Shown: positions 1-12,856 of the stretch, one piece after another
Layout: each line of letters starts with the position of its first letter
Position numbering within the stretch: position 1 is the stretch's first letter
Source: Chiloscyllium plagiosum
Taxonomy: Eukaryota
DNA length: 64,000 nucleotides
Assembly: GCF_004010195.1 (NCBI RefSeq)
Contig: NC_057759.1
Coordinates: 7,365,593-7,429,592 of the forward strand
Direction of reading: 5' to 3'
Program-made: the position numbers and the translations under genes
The notes under the pieces: generated by a model
What the model was told of the DNA's origin: nothing
Seen by the model: the letters and a program-made list of their open reading frames with translations, nothing else
The model's database searches: none

Positions 1-2990
1 CGATCAGGTCTCCTCTCATCCTCCTTCTCTGCAGAGAGAAAAGTCCGAGCTTAGTCAACCTTTCTTCTTAAGACAAGCCCTCCATTCCAGGTAGCATCCT
101 GGTAAACTTTATCTGCACCTTCCCCAAAGCATCCGTATCTTTCCTGTAAGACGGTGTCCAGAAGTGGACACAATATTCCATGTGTGGTCTCACCAGGGTC
201 TTGTAGTGCGACAGCAAAACCTCGTGGCTCTTAAACTCGATCGTCCTCTTAAGGAAAGTCAAATACCATATGCTTTCTTAACAACCCTATTCATTTGGTT
301 GGCATCTTTGAGGGCTCTATGCACTTCAACACCAAGATCCCTCTCTTCCTCCATACAGGCGAGAATCCTGTCTTTAAATCCTATATTCAGCACTCAAGTT
401 CGAACCTTCGAAACTCTATCACTTCGTATTAATCCAGGCTGAACTCCATCTGCCATTTCTCGACCCAGCTCTGCAATCTGTCTATGTCGCACTGCAGCAT
501 GAAATAGCCTCAATACTATCAACGGCACCTCCAACCTTTATGTCATCAGCAAATTTATTAAGCCATCGCTCAACATCCTCATCCTAGTCATTTATAAAAA
601 CTACAAAGAGCAGAGGCCCAAAACAGAGCCCTGCGGGGCACCACTCACCACTGACCTCCAGGCAGAGTACTTCCCATGGACAGCCACTCTCTGCCTTCTG
701 TCAGCGAACCAATTATGAATCCAGACAGCCATATCTTCCTGTCTCCCATACTCCTGACTTTATGAATGAGCCTTCTTTGGGGAACCTGATCAAATGCCTT
801 ACTGAAGTCAACATGCACCACATCCAACGCGCGACCTTCATCGACCTATCTCGTCACATCCTCAAAGTGCTCAATAAGATTTGCGCGGCATGACCTGCTT
901 GTCACAAAGCCACGCTGACTGCCTTTCATCATGCTATGCTTTTCCGAATGTTCATGAATCCTTCCCCTCAGAATTCTTTCCAAAACCTTGCTTACCACAG
1001 ACGTAAGACTGACTAGTCTCTAATTGCCTGGGGTTTCCCTATTCCCCTTCATGAAAAGAGGAACAACAGTCGTCTCCCTCCAATCCTCCGGTACAACTCC
1101 CGTGGAGAATGAGAAAGCAAAGATCTTCGCCAGTAGCGTCGCCTCCTCCTTTCACACTTCCCGGAGCAACATAGGCTAAACCTGGTCTCGCCCTGTGGAC
1201 TTATCATTCTTAAATTTCCAGCAGATCGACTTCATCAATCTTGATCTGTTCAAGCCTGTTTCTCAGCTTCTCAAAGTTCTCATTCACAACAAGATCCCTT
1301 TCATTAGTGAAAACCAAAGCAAAAAACTCATTTTGGGCTTCCCCTATCGGCTCAGACTCCACTCCATGCACAAGTTCCCTACACTCCTTCATCAGTCCTG
1401 CCTTCTCCCTGATCATTCGCTTATTCCTCACGTATGAGTAAAGTGCCTTTGGGTTCTCCATAATCCTTCCTGCCAAGCACTTTGCGTGCCCCGTCCTTGA
1501 TCTCCTCAGTCCATTTCTAAGCTCCTTTCTAGTAAGCCTGCAATCATCTAACGATTTGCTAGATCCCTGCTTTCTCCACCTTACGTAAGCTTCCTTCTTC
1601 CTTTTGACGAGAAACTCCTCTGTTCTCATCATCCAAGTCTCCTTAATCATACTCCGTGTTGCCTGTCTCAGAGGAACCATATTGTGCATCACTCGCAACT
1701 GCGGCTCCTTGTAAATCTCCACAAGTGTGTTGTGCCGTTTCTGTGGAACAATTACTCTCAATCTATACTTCCCAAATCCTGTCTGATAGCGTCATTATTT
1801 CATTTTCCCCAATTAGGTTTCTTCCCTTGGTAAATGCTCCTTTCCCTCTCCAAGTCTAGGATCAATGAAAAGCAGTTGTGGTCACTGTCACCAAAATGTT
1901 CTCCCACTGCGAGATCTGACACCTGCACTGGCTCATTGCCGAGCACCAAATTCAAAATGGGCTCTCCCCTCGTCAGCCTGTCCATATAGGGAGCAAGGAA
2001 AAATTCCTGAACACACCTCGCACAAAACGGCTCCATCCAAATTACCTCCACTAAGGAGTTTCCAGTCAGTATTTGGAAAGTTGAAGTCACCCATAACAAC
2101 GACTCTGTTACACATGCAATTTTCCAAAATCTGCCAGTCGATTAGTTCTTCAATCTCCCTACTGTGTAGAAAACCTTCAATGAGGTGACTGCTTTCTTGC
2201 TGCTCCTAACTTCAATCCATACTAACTCAGTAGACAAACGTTCCTCAACAACCTTCGTTTCTGTGGCTGTAATGCACTCGCTGATTAGCAATGCTATACC
2301 CCCCTCCACTTTTATCACCCTCCCTGTTCTTCTTGAACGTTCTAAACTCTGGAAGATCTAGCGACCATTCCTGCCCTAGTGAAACCCACGTCTCCTTTCT
2401 GGCCACAACATCATAATCTCAAGTACTGATCCATGTTCTAAGTTCGACACTGTTATTTCTGACAGTCCTTGCGTTAAAGCAGACACACGTTAACCGATCC
2501 CTTCGTTTAATTACGTGAATAACCTTCCTGGTGGATTCATTATATCCTGTCACTGTCCCATCTCCAACTACCCCCTTCTCTGATATGTATCATTGATTCA
2601 CACCTCCTGCCAAACTAGTTTAAAGTTTCCTGAACCACACGAACAAATCTCCTACCCAGGGCAATTGTGCCCCTCCACAACCCGTCTTTCTTGTACAGCT
2701 CCCACCTTGCCCAGAAGGCATCCCAGTGATCTAAGTATCTGAAGCCGGCCCCCCCGCATCTGCCTCACAGCCACGTGTTAAGCTGCATTCGCTGACTGTA
2801 CCTCACCTCACTGTCTCGAGGCACAGGTCAGAAACTTGAGATCACGACAGTACTCGCCCTGCTCTTCAGCTTCCAAACTACCTCTCTGTCGTCACTTTTC
2901 AGATCCTCAATATCTTTCTTATCTAAATCATTTGTGTCAATATGTACCACGATTTCCAGCTGCTCATCCTCTCCCTTCAGAATCCAGTAA
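1..2990 (-). mobile_element. CR1-clade LINE, decayed ORF2 (endonuclease + RT) and part of ORF1, continuing past the left edge
   Basis: Minus-strand ORF fragments with CR1 motifs: VVVMGDFNFPNTDW, ILNLVLGNEP, GDSDHN, MDVVHVDFSKAFDQVP, YKTLVRPHMEYCVHFWTP. Many stops and frameshifts. Confidence 0.93.
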
Positions 2991-4699
2991 ATCCAATTGG
3001 CGACCTACCAGATTATGGCATGGGGGAGGAAAGATAACTTCTGGGAGAAAGTAAGAATGTTGGAAGACTGTTAAATTTCCGTCATAAATAGGGAATAGTG
3101 CACTGTATAACCAAGGAAACTAATTGAGAAACGGAGGAAGAAAAACTGTTTTGCGAGAAAAGGAAAGAAAGAACGAAATTCAGAGATAGAGACCCAGAGA
3201 ACAGAGTAATCAGTTTCAGGCATGGAAATAGATGCAGGCTGATACATAAAATCAAAAGTGAGATAGAGATGGAAAAGCAGAGTAATGTACTGTTACAGAG
3301 AATGGAAGATGCAGAATGAAAAGAAATAACCAACAGCACGTTCCTGATCCCAGGACATGACAGAGTGCTGAATAGGCATGTCATTTCTATTTTAATCTCG
3401 GCAATCAGACTGCCATTTGCATAGTCTCAGCTCCCAGAGTTAGCAACAATGTAATGGCTGATTTGACCGAGTGGTAGCTATTGGTACCACAGCAGTGTGC
3501 AAACTGTGTGTGTATGTTTCCAAGAGATGATCGAGTTTCGGGAAATATAATCACCAGCAGAGGTAAATAAATGGTCTTGGCGAAGATTGATTTGCAGATT
3601 GAGGAAAATTACTTTGAAGACTTATTAAGTGTAAACTGCCGGGCTAAGGTGAGCTGTAATCTCATTCAGTCATTCCATGCAATGTTGAATGTAAATAAAT
3701 ACTCGAAGAGGAAGGTCGCAGCAGAACCATTGAAAAGAATCAAGGAATGGTCTTGTTATAATTTCACAGCTTCTTTCAAGGATTAAAAAACGTCATTCTC
3801 TGCAGAATTGCAATAATTTTATAAACAGGCTTTTGCTGCAGTGCTCCATGACAATGGTGGCCTCAACACACAACAGCCATTTTTTAATTCTGAACAAAAC
3901 ATTGATGCCATTTAACGTCAATCTTATTCTTGCTCGATCTGATATGGAAATGGAGACATGAACCCAAGCCTCCTAGGTAAAAAAAAGATGCAGACATTTC
4001 CATCACACGAATCCGACCCTCAGTAGCTTTTCATTTATTGCTAGTTGTTTAAGTGCAAACCAGTAGTGAGAGCCAATTCTCACCTCAAGGGTTGAAGATC
4101 AGGCTAATATCACACAACTGAAAGCAATACTACCATTTAAGGAATGCGATATACAGCAATCTCCGATGCTTTTGCACAGTCGATTAGTCTGTTAAAAAGT
4201 TGAGTTTAACGCGGACCTCACTGGCCACAAGGCTCCATTCAGTCTGTCAGAATTCACCAAAGACTGTATTGTCCTACGATAAATCTGGATAGGATCCAGC
4301 ATATCATTGTGAACTCGTGTGTTCAATACCCAGAATGCACATATTTTGAACACTGTTGAGTGCCAGAATAGCCGCCTTTTCTCGCAGAGGACATTATAAT
4401 ACTGCAGTCAGTGCAGTGCCTGCAGACCTGTCAGAGTTTAATTATCAGCTGTCCCACATTGCAAACATTTCAATGTTGAAGTCAATGTACCGCCTGCATA
4501 CTGCTGACGGTCTCACAGATGGCTCAACAGTCTTAAACAGTATACATTGCGCAACTGCAAAACATTCATAATCTACAAACTACTGAATGTCCAATATCAG
4601 TAAGGTTATCATATAAGCATTGCAAACTAAGCAAGCTGAGATCATATCATGATGTCCAGTGAGAGCTAGACTTTTGGATACAAAAATGACTTCACGGTA

Positions 4700-5950
4700 G
4701 GAGAAAGAAGATGATTGTAGAGTCCTGTGATATGCTGCGTACCACAAGGATTGCTGCCGTGTCTATTGCTTTTTTTTCTCAATACAAATGACTTGGATTT
4801 TAATATAGTAGCATGGTTGTTAAGTTTGCACATTACACCAAAATTGTCGACATTGTTAACAGTGAAGGAGGTTATCTCTGGGTACAACGGGGCCTTGATC
4901 AGATGAGTCAATGGGTCAGGATATGGCAGATAGAATATAATGTGGATAGATATGAGGTGTTACCTTTTGGCAACGCAAATTAAGGCAAGACTTAAGTATT
5001 TAAACGGTGAGTCGAGAGGAGTGTTGCCGAAGTAAGAGATTTTAGGATGCAAGTTCGTAGTTCCTTGAAGATGGAGTCACCGTTAGACAGTGCAGTGAAG
5101 AAGACATTTGGTACTCTTGCCTTTATTGGTCAATTCATCGGGTATGAAAATGTGTTGCTGGAAAAGCGCAGCAGGTCAGGCAGCATCCAAGGAACAGGAG
5201 AATCGACGTTTGGGGCATAAGCTCTTCTCTGCCCGAAACGTCGATTCTCCTGTTCCTTGGATGCTGCCTGACCTGCTGCGCTTTTCCAGCAACACATTTT
5301 CAGCTCTGATTTCCAGAATCTGCAGTCCTCACTTTCTCCTCAATTCATCGGGTATGACAGTTTCAGCATTATTGGAGAGGTTACTTTTGAATGTTCCGTT
5401 CAATTTTGGATTACCAAAAATTCCAAGCATCTCCCTGTTATCGGAAAGATAATAGTAAACTTTAATCGGTGGAGAAAAGATTCACAGGATATTGCCGGGG
5501 CTGGACTTTTAGAACTACAGGGAGATAATGAATATTTCGTGCCTCTTTTCCTTGATGTTTCGGGAGTTTCGGGGTTACTTTCTGGCAGTTTATAAAATCA
5601 CAGGCTCGGATGCGGTGAATATCCAAAATCTTTTTCCCAGAGTAGGTGCAGACCAAAATTAGATGGCATAGGTTAAAGGTGAGAGGGGAAAGATTCAAAG
5701 GGCACCCAAATGGCAGCTTTATGATGTAGAAGGCTGTGTGCATCTGGACTGAGCTGCCAGAGGAAATGGCTGAGTCTGGTGCAATTACAATGTTGGAAAG
5801 TCATGTTAAAGGTTACGTGAATAGGAAGGGTTTAGTGGGATATGGGCAACAAGCTGGAAAATGGAACTTCATTAATTTAGGATATCAAGCCCGCATATTA
5901 GACCTTAGAACAGAACTGTCATTTTCCATTGTATGTACGGATATGACTCC
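4700..5950 (+). mobile_element. Old CR1 LINE 3' fragment, interrupted by a Penelope-like insertion
   Basis: Degenerate RT C-terminal sequence (aagtttgcacattacaccaaaattg; aggttaaaggtgagaggggaaagatt) and a CR1-type 3' tail (tatgactccatga). Confidence 0.8.
5148..5339. mobile_element. Short Penelope-like element end, inverted-repeat form, 18-bp TSD
   Basis: Inverted arms aaaatgtgttgctggaaaagcgcagc ... gctgcgcttttccagcaacacatttt. Direct repeat tcaattcatcgggtatga at 5130-5147 and 5340-5357. Confidence 0.8.
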
Positions 5951-6493
5951 ATGATATCGTATTATTTTCCAAAACACGCAGGTTATACACTGCTGCCTGT
6001 TGAAATAGCAGTGATCCTACGCCTTAGATATTGTGTAACGACATGTAGAACATACGATGCAAACTGATGAGTTTCTAAATGTTCTCCAGGGAAGGAAATC
6101 AGCTGCATGTGATTACAAGCTCACTGCAATGTGCTTGTCTTTTTAAGTTCTTTCTGGATAATTAGAGATGTACAATACGTTTGGTCAAACGAGTGATGCT
6201 CACAACCACTGAATGAACAAGAAGAAACATTTGCATTGTACTTTGAGATTATCAGTTCTGGAACAATGGTTGGACGGCAGCCCACCATATTTGACTTTAC
6301 TTAGCTGAAACACTACAGAGAGCTCCCATTGGTTTTCACCAGGTTAATCATTGTTCATGTCTGTCTCTCCACTTACAAATCTCCTCAGTCTGAGTAGATG
6401 GTTGACTGATGAGTGAAATGGTCCTTTCGCATGCACATCACGGAATAGTTTTTTTCTTTGCAATTATTAACAGCAATATAATTTGTGTTAACA

Positions 6494-6500
6494 TATAAAG
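6494..6500 (+). promoter_or_regulatory. TATA box of defensin copy 1
   Basis: TATAAAG starts 58 nt upstream of the ATG. The paralogous site TATAAG is at 22050-22055. Confidence 0.65.
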
Positions 6501-6551
6501 AGTTCCAATTCTCCAGGTAGTTCATAGTGCAGGAAAAGGTAATCAGCGGCC

Positions 6552-6645
6552 ATGAGAGCTTCCCTGTTCTTACTTCTTGGATTCTTGGTGATGGTGCAGC
6601 TGGGCACTGCTGAAGAAGGAGTGGAACCACGTCTTTTCTTTTCAG
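6552..6645 (+). CDS. Beta-defensin-like precursor, copy 1, exon 1 (signal peptide + acidic propiece: MRASLFLLLGFLVMVQLGTA-EEGVEPRLFFS)
   Basis: gcggccATG context, hydrophobic 20-aa signal ending G-T-A, consensus donor CAG|GTGAGT at 6646. The exon is 94 nt, giving a phase-1 intron. Confidence 0.88.
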
Positions 6646-7237
6646 GTGAGTCCATGTATCATCAAACATCGTTTAGAAGCATTCAGAAGGTCAGATGGAG
6701 GAGATTCATCCCCCTGAACACCACGTTCTCATCTGTAGTGTTTAGATTTACAAGTGCCTAAAATGAATTAGTTGACATGTACAAAATCTGTCCATGGGAT
6801 AGAGGCATCTCTGGCAAAACCGACATTTATTGGACCTTCCTAATGGCTCCAGAGGGCATTCAGTAGTCCATCACATTTCTGTGAATGTGGAGTCACATAT
6901 AAAGAAGAAAAGGGAAAAAATATCAGTTTACTTTCCCTGAAGGAAATGAGTGGAGTAGGTGTTTCTTACTTCCTTTACACAATTTGAACATGATCCGAAC
7001 TTCATTCCCTTCCATTGAGAGATTCGAAGACAGGTCCTCAGAATAGTTAGTCATGGATTGTGATTCTAGTGACAGTTCTGCATGTCCACCATCCAATCGC
7101 ATGACATTTGGTGAAGCAGTGCGGTCATTTCCCAGGAGTGCAGAATTTATTTTAGTTCACAACCATTTGTGCTGGTTTCTTGTTCACTAGAATTATTTCA
7201 CCATTTCATCAATTGCCTCCTCAACTTTACTTTCCAG

Positions 7238-7362
7238 GTGCAACCGTTGGCTGCGTAACCACTGGAGGAAAGTGCAGATTAGGAGGTTGTAAAGAGGGGG
7301 AAATCCAGCTGGAAGAGAAATGCTTAATACTTCTCAAGTGCTGCAAAGTTGACTTAAATTGA
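7238..7362 (+). CDS. Beta-defensin-like precursor, copy 1, exon 2 (GATVGCVTTGGKCRLGGCKEGEIQLEEKCLILLKCCKVDLN*)
   Basis: Polypyrimidine tract and tttccAG acceptor ending at 7237. Splices in frame to exon 1 (72-aa precursor). The C-x6-C-x4-C-x10-C-x5-CC spacing fits the beta-defensin signature, including the common GG-x-C before Cys2. Confidence 0.9.
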
Positions 7363-7494
7363 ATTGTGAAAATGTAATGCGGGCTACCAAGGTTCATCTG
7401 AGACTGTGGCTGAAGCTAACTGCTGTCTCTGTAATTTATTCGCTCTTGACTGTGTACATCCCCATAAAACCTTCTCCATTTCAATTGAATCGTG

Positions 7495-7500
7495 AATAAA
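7495..7500 (+). terminator. Polyadenylation signal AATAAA of defensin copy 1
   Basis: AATAAA about 130 nt after the stop codon, conserved in copy 2 at 23059-23064. Confidence 0.7.
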
Positions 7501-8061
7501 GCCCTCACTGCATTGCTCACATGTCGCGTCACGTGTCTTATTACAGAGTGTGCCCGGTATACGTTACATTGTCGCTAGTTTGGGGAGTGGAGGGGGATAA
7601 AACTCCAACAAATAGCAGTATCACAGTCGCCTCCACACTAGTCTTCTTCAGAGCCTAACATTTTGAGTCCATAGCAAATGACCAACTAATAATGTCTCTA
7701 GAATGAACGGGTGTATAATAAGCTGCTTCTTTCATTTCCATGATAACCTTCATCTAGAAAGCGAACTGCGACAGATATACAGTTCCCTGCAAGTTTCTTT
7801 CAGATCCACTCACCATCCTGATTTGGAAATGTGTCAGAGATTCCTTCTGTTTCATCAAAATCGGAGAATTCCCTCCCAAATATTTCTCTGTGGGCCATTC
7901 CATAGCACCGGGGCAGCAGATGGTTCAAGTAGAATTTCACTCGCATTTCCGAACATTCTCAAATGGACAAATGCGACGAGAAACAAATAACCGAATGGCC
8001 AGCATTCCTCACGACCCATTAGTGAAAACAAATCAAAAATTAGTAAATTCAGCAGTGGTGT

Positions 8062-8340
8062 TGAAAGAAAAAAAGAAATAAAGAAAGAAAGAGAGAAACA
8101 AGGGAAGAGAGAGAGAGAAATAGACAGAAAGAGGATAGAGAAAGAAAGTAAGAAAGAGAGAGAAAGGGAGTGAGAAACATAGAAAAAAGGATATCAGGAA
8201 AGAAAGAGATAGGAAGGAAGAGAGAGGAAGAAAGAGAGAGAAAGAAAGAGAGAGGAAGGAAGTGAGTGGAATGAAGAGAGAGGAAGGAAGACAGAGGAAG
8301 GAAGGAAGGAAGGCAGGAAGGAAGGAAGGAAAGAAAGAAA
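8062..8340 (+). repeat. Purine-rich (GA/GGAA/GAAA) low-complexity tract
   Basis: Directly visible. A shorter paralogous tract is at ~23890-24008. Confidence 0.9.
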
Positions 8341-9141
8341 ATTTCGTGTTTAGTTCTGTCAAGAAGTCTCACATTTTGGGAGATAAATGTGCTGGTGTCA
8401 GACTCAGTATCTGCAGCCGTCACTGTATTGTAACATACAACTATACGAAAATGACTGCAACAGCAGAATTACCTTCGCACATCCAACCAAAGAGAAAACA
8501 AACATGGAAGACATTTACCGACTTGCATTTAACTTTTGATCAATTTGTCAATGTTGTTGAGGAGCAGTCCACTACCATAGAACACCTACAGTACAGAAAC
8601 AAGCCATTCTGCCTAGCAAGATCTCTCCATAGGTTCAAAGAACAATCTTGTAGACGCAGCAATGACTTGCAAAATCCACACAGATATCCACCGAGGGTGG
8701 AACTGAACGTGGCTCTCTGCCACGACGAAGCAGCAGTGCGAAAGACCATGCCACTCCTGGGACACCGCAGTACCAATGTGACTGTCGTTGTTTCATGCAG
8801 GGGGAACTGGGTAATCGATTGGAGTAACTTGTGGGGTTTATCGGGATTGATGTTGCATTCAAAAAGCAAATATTGAATGCATGTGCAGTAATGTAGGGAG
8901 CCCAGAGGAGAGTGGGATTGTATTATTCTGAATGCAAAAGGGACAGAGAGACAGGAAGTCTTCGATTCTGAGTCATCATGTTGTATTTCACTCATTTAAA
9001 CTATTTGAAATTTCACATAGAGGTGGTTACAGAGGAAATCACACTCACACACACACACACAATACCAATCACAGGCACGCATGTACACACACTGAAAACA
9101 AAGCATACTCACCTCCTGCTCAAACTACATTGCAACAGATA

Positions 9142-10973
9142 CGACGTGTCCATGATATGTATGTACCTATCAGGCAGGAAAGAAATGGTCGTGTGAGGGA
9201 GCCTTGGTTGACGAGAGAGGTTGAATGTCTGGTAAAGAGAAAGAAGGAGGCTTACATAAGGTTGAGGAAACAGGATTCAGACAGAGCAGTGGAGGGATAC
9301 AGGATAGCCAGAAGGGACCTGAAGAAAGGGATTAGGAGAGCTAAGAGAGGGCATGAAAAATCGTTGGCGGATAGGATCAAGGATAACCCCAAGGCATTTT
9401 ATGCGCATGTGAGAAACCTGAGAATGACGAGAACGAGGGTAGGTCCGATCAAGGACAGTAGTGGGAGACTGTATATTGAGTCGGAAGTACTTCTCTTCAG
9501 TATTTACGAACGAGAGGGACCGTATTGTAGAAGAGGAGAGTGTGAAATGGACTGGTAAGCTAGAAGAGATACCTGTTAGGAAGGAAGATGTGTTGGACAT
9601 TTTGAACAACTTGAGGATAGACAAGTCCCCCGGGCCTGACGGGATATATCCTAGGATTATGTGGGAAGCAAGAGAGGAAATTGCAGAACCGTTGGCAATG
9701 ATCTTTTCATCTTCACTGTCAACGGGGGTGGTACCAGGGGACTGGAGAGTAGCGAATGTTGTGCCCCTGTTCAAAAAAGGGAATAGGGATAACCCCGGGA
9801 ATTACAGGCCTGTTAGTCTTACTTCTGTGGTAGGCAAAGTAATGGAAAGGGTACTGAGGGATAGGATTTATGAGTATCTGGAAAGACACTGCTTGATTAG
9901 GGACAGCCAGCACGGATTTGCGAAGGGTAGGTCTTGCCNNNNNGGAAGTCGTACGAGGGTAGGTTGAGAGTTCTCGGCCTTTTCTCGTTGGAACGGCGAA
10001 GGATGAGGGGTGACTTGGTAGAGGTTTATAAGATGATCAGAGGAATAGATAGAGTAGACATTCAGAAACTTTTTCCCCGGGTACAACAGAGTGTTGCAAG
10101 GGGACATAAATTTAAGGTGAAGGGTGGAAGGTATAGGGGAGATGTCAGGGGTGGGTTCTTTACCCAGAGAGTGGTGGGGGCATGGAATGCGCTGCCCTTG
10201 GGAGTGGTAGAGTCGGAATCATTGGCGACCTTTAAGCGGCATTTGGATAGGTACATGGATGGGTACTTAATTTAGGTTAGAAGTTCGGCACAACATCGTG
10301 GGCCGAAGGGCCTGTTCTTTGCTGTATTGTTCTATGTTCTATGTTCTAAAACTCTGGTGCGGCCGCACTTTGGAGTATTGCGTGCAGTTCTGGTCACCGC
10401 ATTACAGGAAGGATGTGGAAGCTTTGGAGAGGGTGCAGAGAAGATTTACCAGGATGTTGCCTGGAATGGAGAGGAAGTCGTACGAGGATAGGTTGAGAGT
10501 TCTCGGCCTTTTCTCGTTGGAACGGCGAAGGATGAGGGGTGACTTGATAGAGGTTTATAAGATGATCAGAGGAATAGATAGAGTAGACAGTCAGAGACTT
10601 TTTCCCCGGGTACAACAGAGTGTTACAAGGGGACATGAATTTAAGGTGAAGGGTGGAAGGTATAGGGGAGATGTCAGGGGTGGATTCTTTACCCAGAGAG
10701 TGGTGGGGGCATGGAATGCGCTGCCCGTGGGAGTGGTAGAGTCGGAATCATTGGCGACCTTTAAGCGGCATTTGGATAGGTACATGGATGGGTACTTAAT
10801 CTAGGTGGAATGCGCTGCCCGTGGGAGTGGTAGAGTCGGAATCATTGGCGACCTTTAAGCGGCATTTGGATAGGTACATGGATGGGTACTTAATCTAGGT
10901 TAGAAGTTCGGCACAACATCGTGGGCCGAAGGGCCTGTTCTGTGCTGTATTGTTCTATGTTCTATGTTCTATA
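9142..10973 (+). mobile_element. Young 5'-truncated CR1 LINE with reiterated 3' ends and a 5-N gap (9939-9943)
   Basis: Near-intact RT peptides (DKSPGPDGIYPR, GNYRPVSLTSVVGK, LEYCVQFWSPHYRKD) and (TTCTATG)n tails. Absent from the paralogous site at ~24780. Confidence 0.95.
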
Positions 10974-12856
10974 TATGAGACAGTGTATGGGTACTGTTGG
11001 AATATCAATACCAACTTTGACCATTTGGCTTACCGTCTGCCTGAAGAATTGAGGGGAAGAAAGCAAAAAAAAATCAAAATATGGTCAGTACCTTATGGGA
11101 GAGAAGAAGTCTGACTTTTCTCTGTCTTTACAGTAAATGGGAAAAAAAAAACAGAAATGATAGAGCAAGAGGAACTGGGAGAATGGAATCACTTTCAGCT
11201 GTTCAGCCACACATGCAGGTTCCCTCTGGATGATTGGAAAGAACCAGACATTTCAATTGCAGAATTATGTGGCATATCTGGTCCAAAACGGAATTTCAAA
11301 AAAACAACTGAGGTGAATGTCAGTGGATGTGTGGGGGAGACATCTAAGCAGCTATTTCATAACGTTCAGCAATGCTTGACTATGGGCAAAAAGAGAGACT
11401 CGAGAAGGAGATGAACCACCCGTGGTGCACAAAGGCTGTCAAGGACACAAACCAATCACAAACTAAAGAATTCAGATTGGCAAGCAGTAGTGTCGGCCGG
11501 GTTTGGGATGTTTATTTTTGGGAACAGAAGCAGGTAATACGAAGAAAAATGAAAGAAAAAGCACATAAGTAGCAAAACATTTTATAAACTCGCTGCAAGA
11601 CCTTTTCCGCACCGATTTAAAAAAAATACAATGTGTTTGTGACCCTTGGAAGAGACTCATTATATTACACGTGGAACAGCTGGAGGATGTAACTGGGGAA
11701 TTGATTTCAGGGAACAGGCGGAGAATTTACTCCAATGTTTTATATAGTTTCTTATAGCGGGAGTCACGAGGTATTTAATAGAACATAAAAGATAAAACAT
11801 AGAACGCTACAGCACAATACATGTTATTTGGCCTTCGATGTTGTGCTGACCTATCAATTAAATCTGATGCCCATTGAACATACACCAATCCATTGTTGTC
11901 CGCATGTGTGTCCAATGCCCATTTAAATGCCCTGAATATCAGGGAATCGATTACAGTTGCAGGCTGGCCATTCCACGCCACGACTACTCTCTGAGTAAAG
12001 AAACTACTCATTGTATCTGACATAAATCTGTCACCCCTCAATGTTAAACTATGTCCCCTTATGTAAGCCTTCACCATGCGAGGAAAAACGCCTTCAGTGT
12101 CCACCCTACCTCACCCTTGAATTATGTTATACGTCTTGATGAATTCACCTCTCAACCTTCTTCTCTCCAACGAAAATAGCTTCAGTTCCCTCAGCCTTTA
12201 CACGTAAAACCTTCCTTCCATTCAAGGAAACACCCCAGTAAATTTCCTCTGAACCCTTTCCAAAGCTTCCACGTCCTTCTTATAATGCGGTGAACAGAAC
12301 TGTACACAATACTCCATGTGCGGCCTTACCAGTGTCTTGTATACTTGAAATATGACTTGCTGGTTCCGAAAGCAGTCACACTACCAATAAAGGTATAGTA
12401 ACACACCGTATGCCTTCTTGACATCACTATCAGCCTGGATGGAAACTTTCAAGGATTTGCGCACCTGGACAAAGTTCAGGCTATGTTCATCTGCACTGCA
12501 AAGAGTTTTACCATTAATCCAGTAGTTAAATTCCTGTTACGTCTTCGGATGTGAACTACCTCACAATTTTCCGCATGAAACTTCATTTGCCAGTTCTCAG
12601 CCCAGCTCTACATCTTATCTGCTAAGATATTTGGATCATCGATAGTTACAGGTGAGGTGCCGGATGAGTGGACTTTGGCAAAAGTGGTGCCACTGTTTAA
12701 GAAGAGTGGCAAGGACAAGCTAGGGAACTATAAACGAGTGAGGCCGACCTCGGTTGTGGGCAAGTTGTTGGAGGGAATCGTTAGGGAAAGGATATACATG
12801 TATTTGAAAAGGCAAGGACTGATTAGGGATAGCCAACATGACTTTGGGTGTGGGAA

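Noticed and set aside
3416..3423. Octamer ATTTGCAT as an immunoglobulin promoter
   Set aside because: No leader exon, V segment or proper RSS was seen nearby, and a single 8-mer is expected by chance in 64 kb.
6552..6761. ORF-track 69-aa ORF (also 7180-7362, 22039-22254, 22732-22923) as standalone genes
   Set aside because: These are exon plus intron read-through. Consensus splice sites join them into the defensin precursors.
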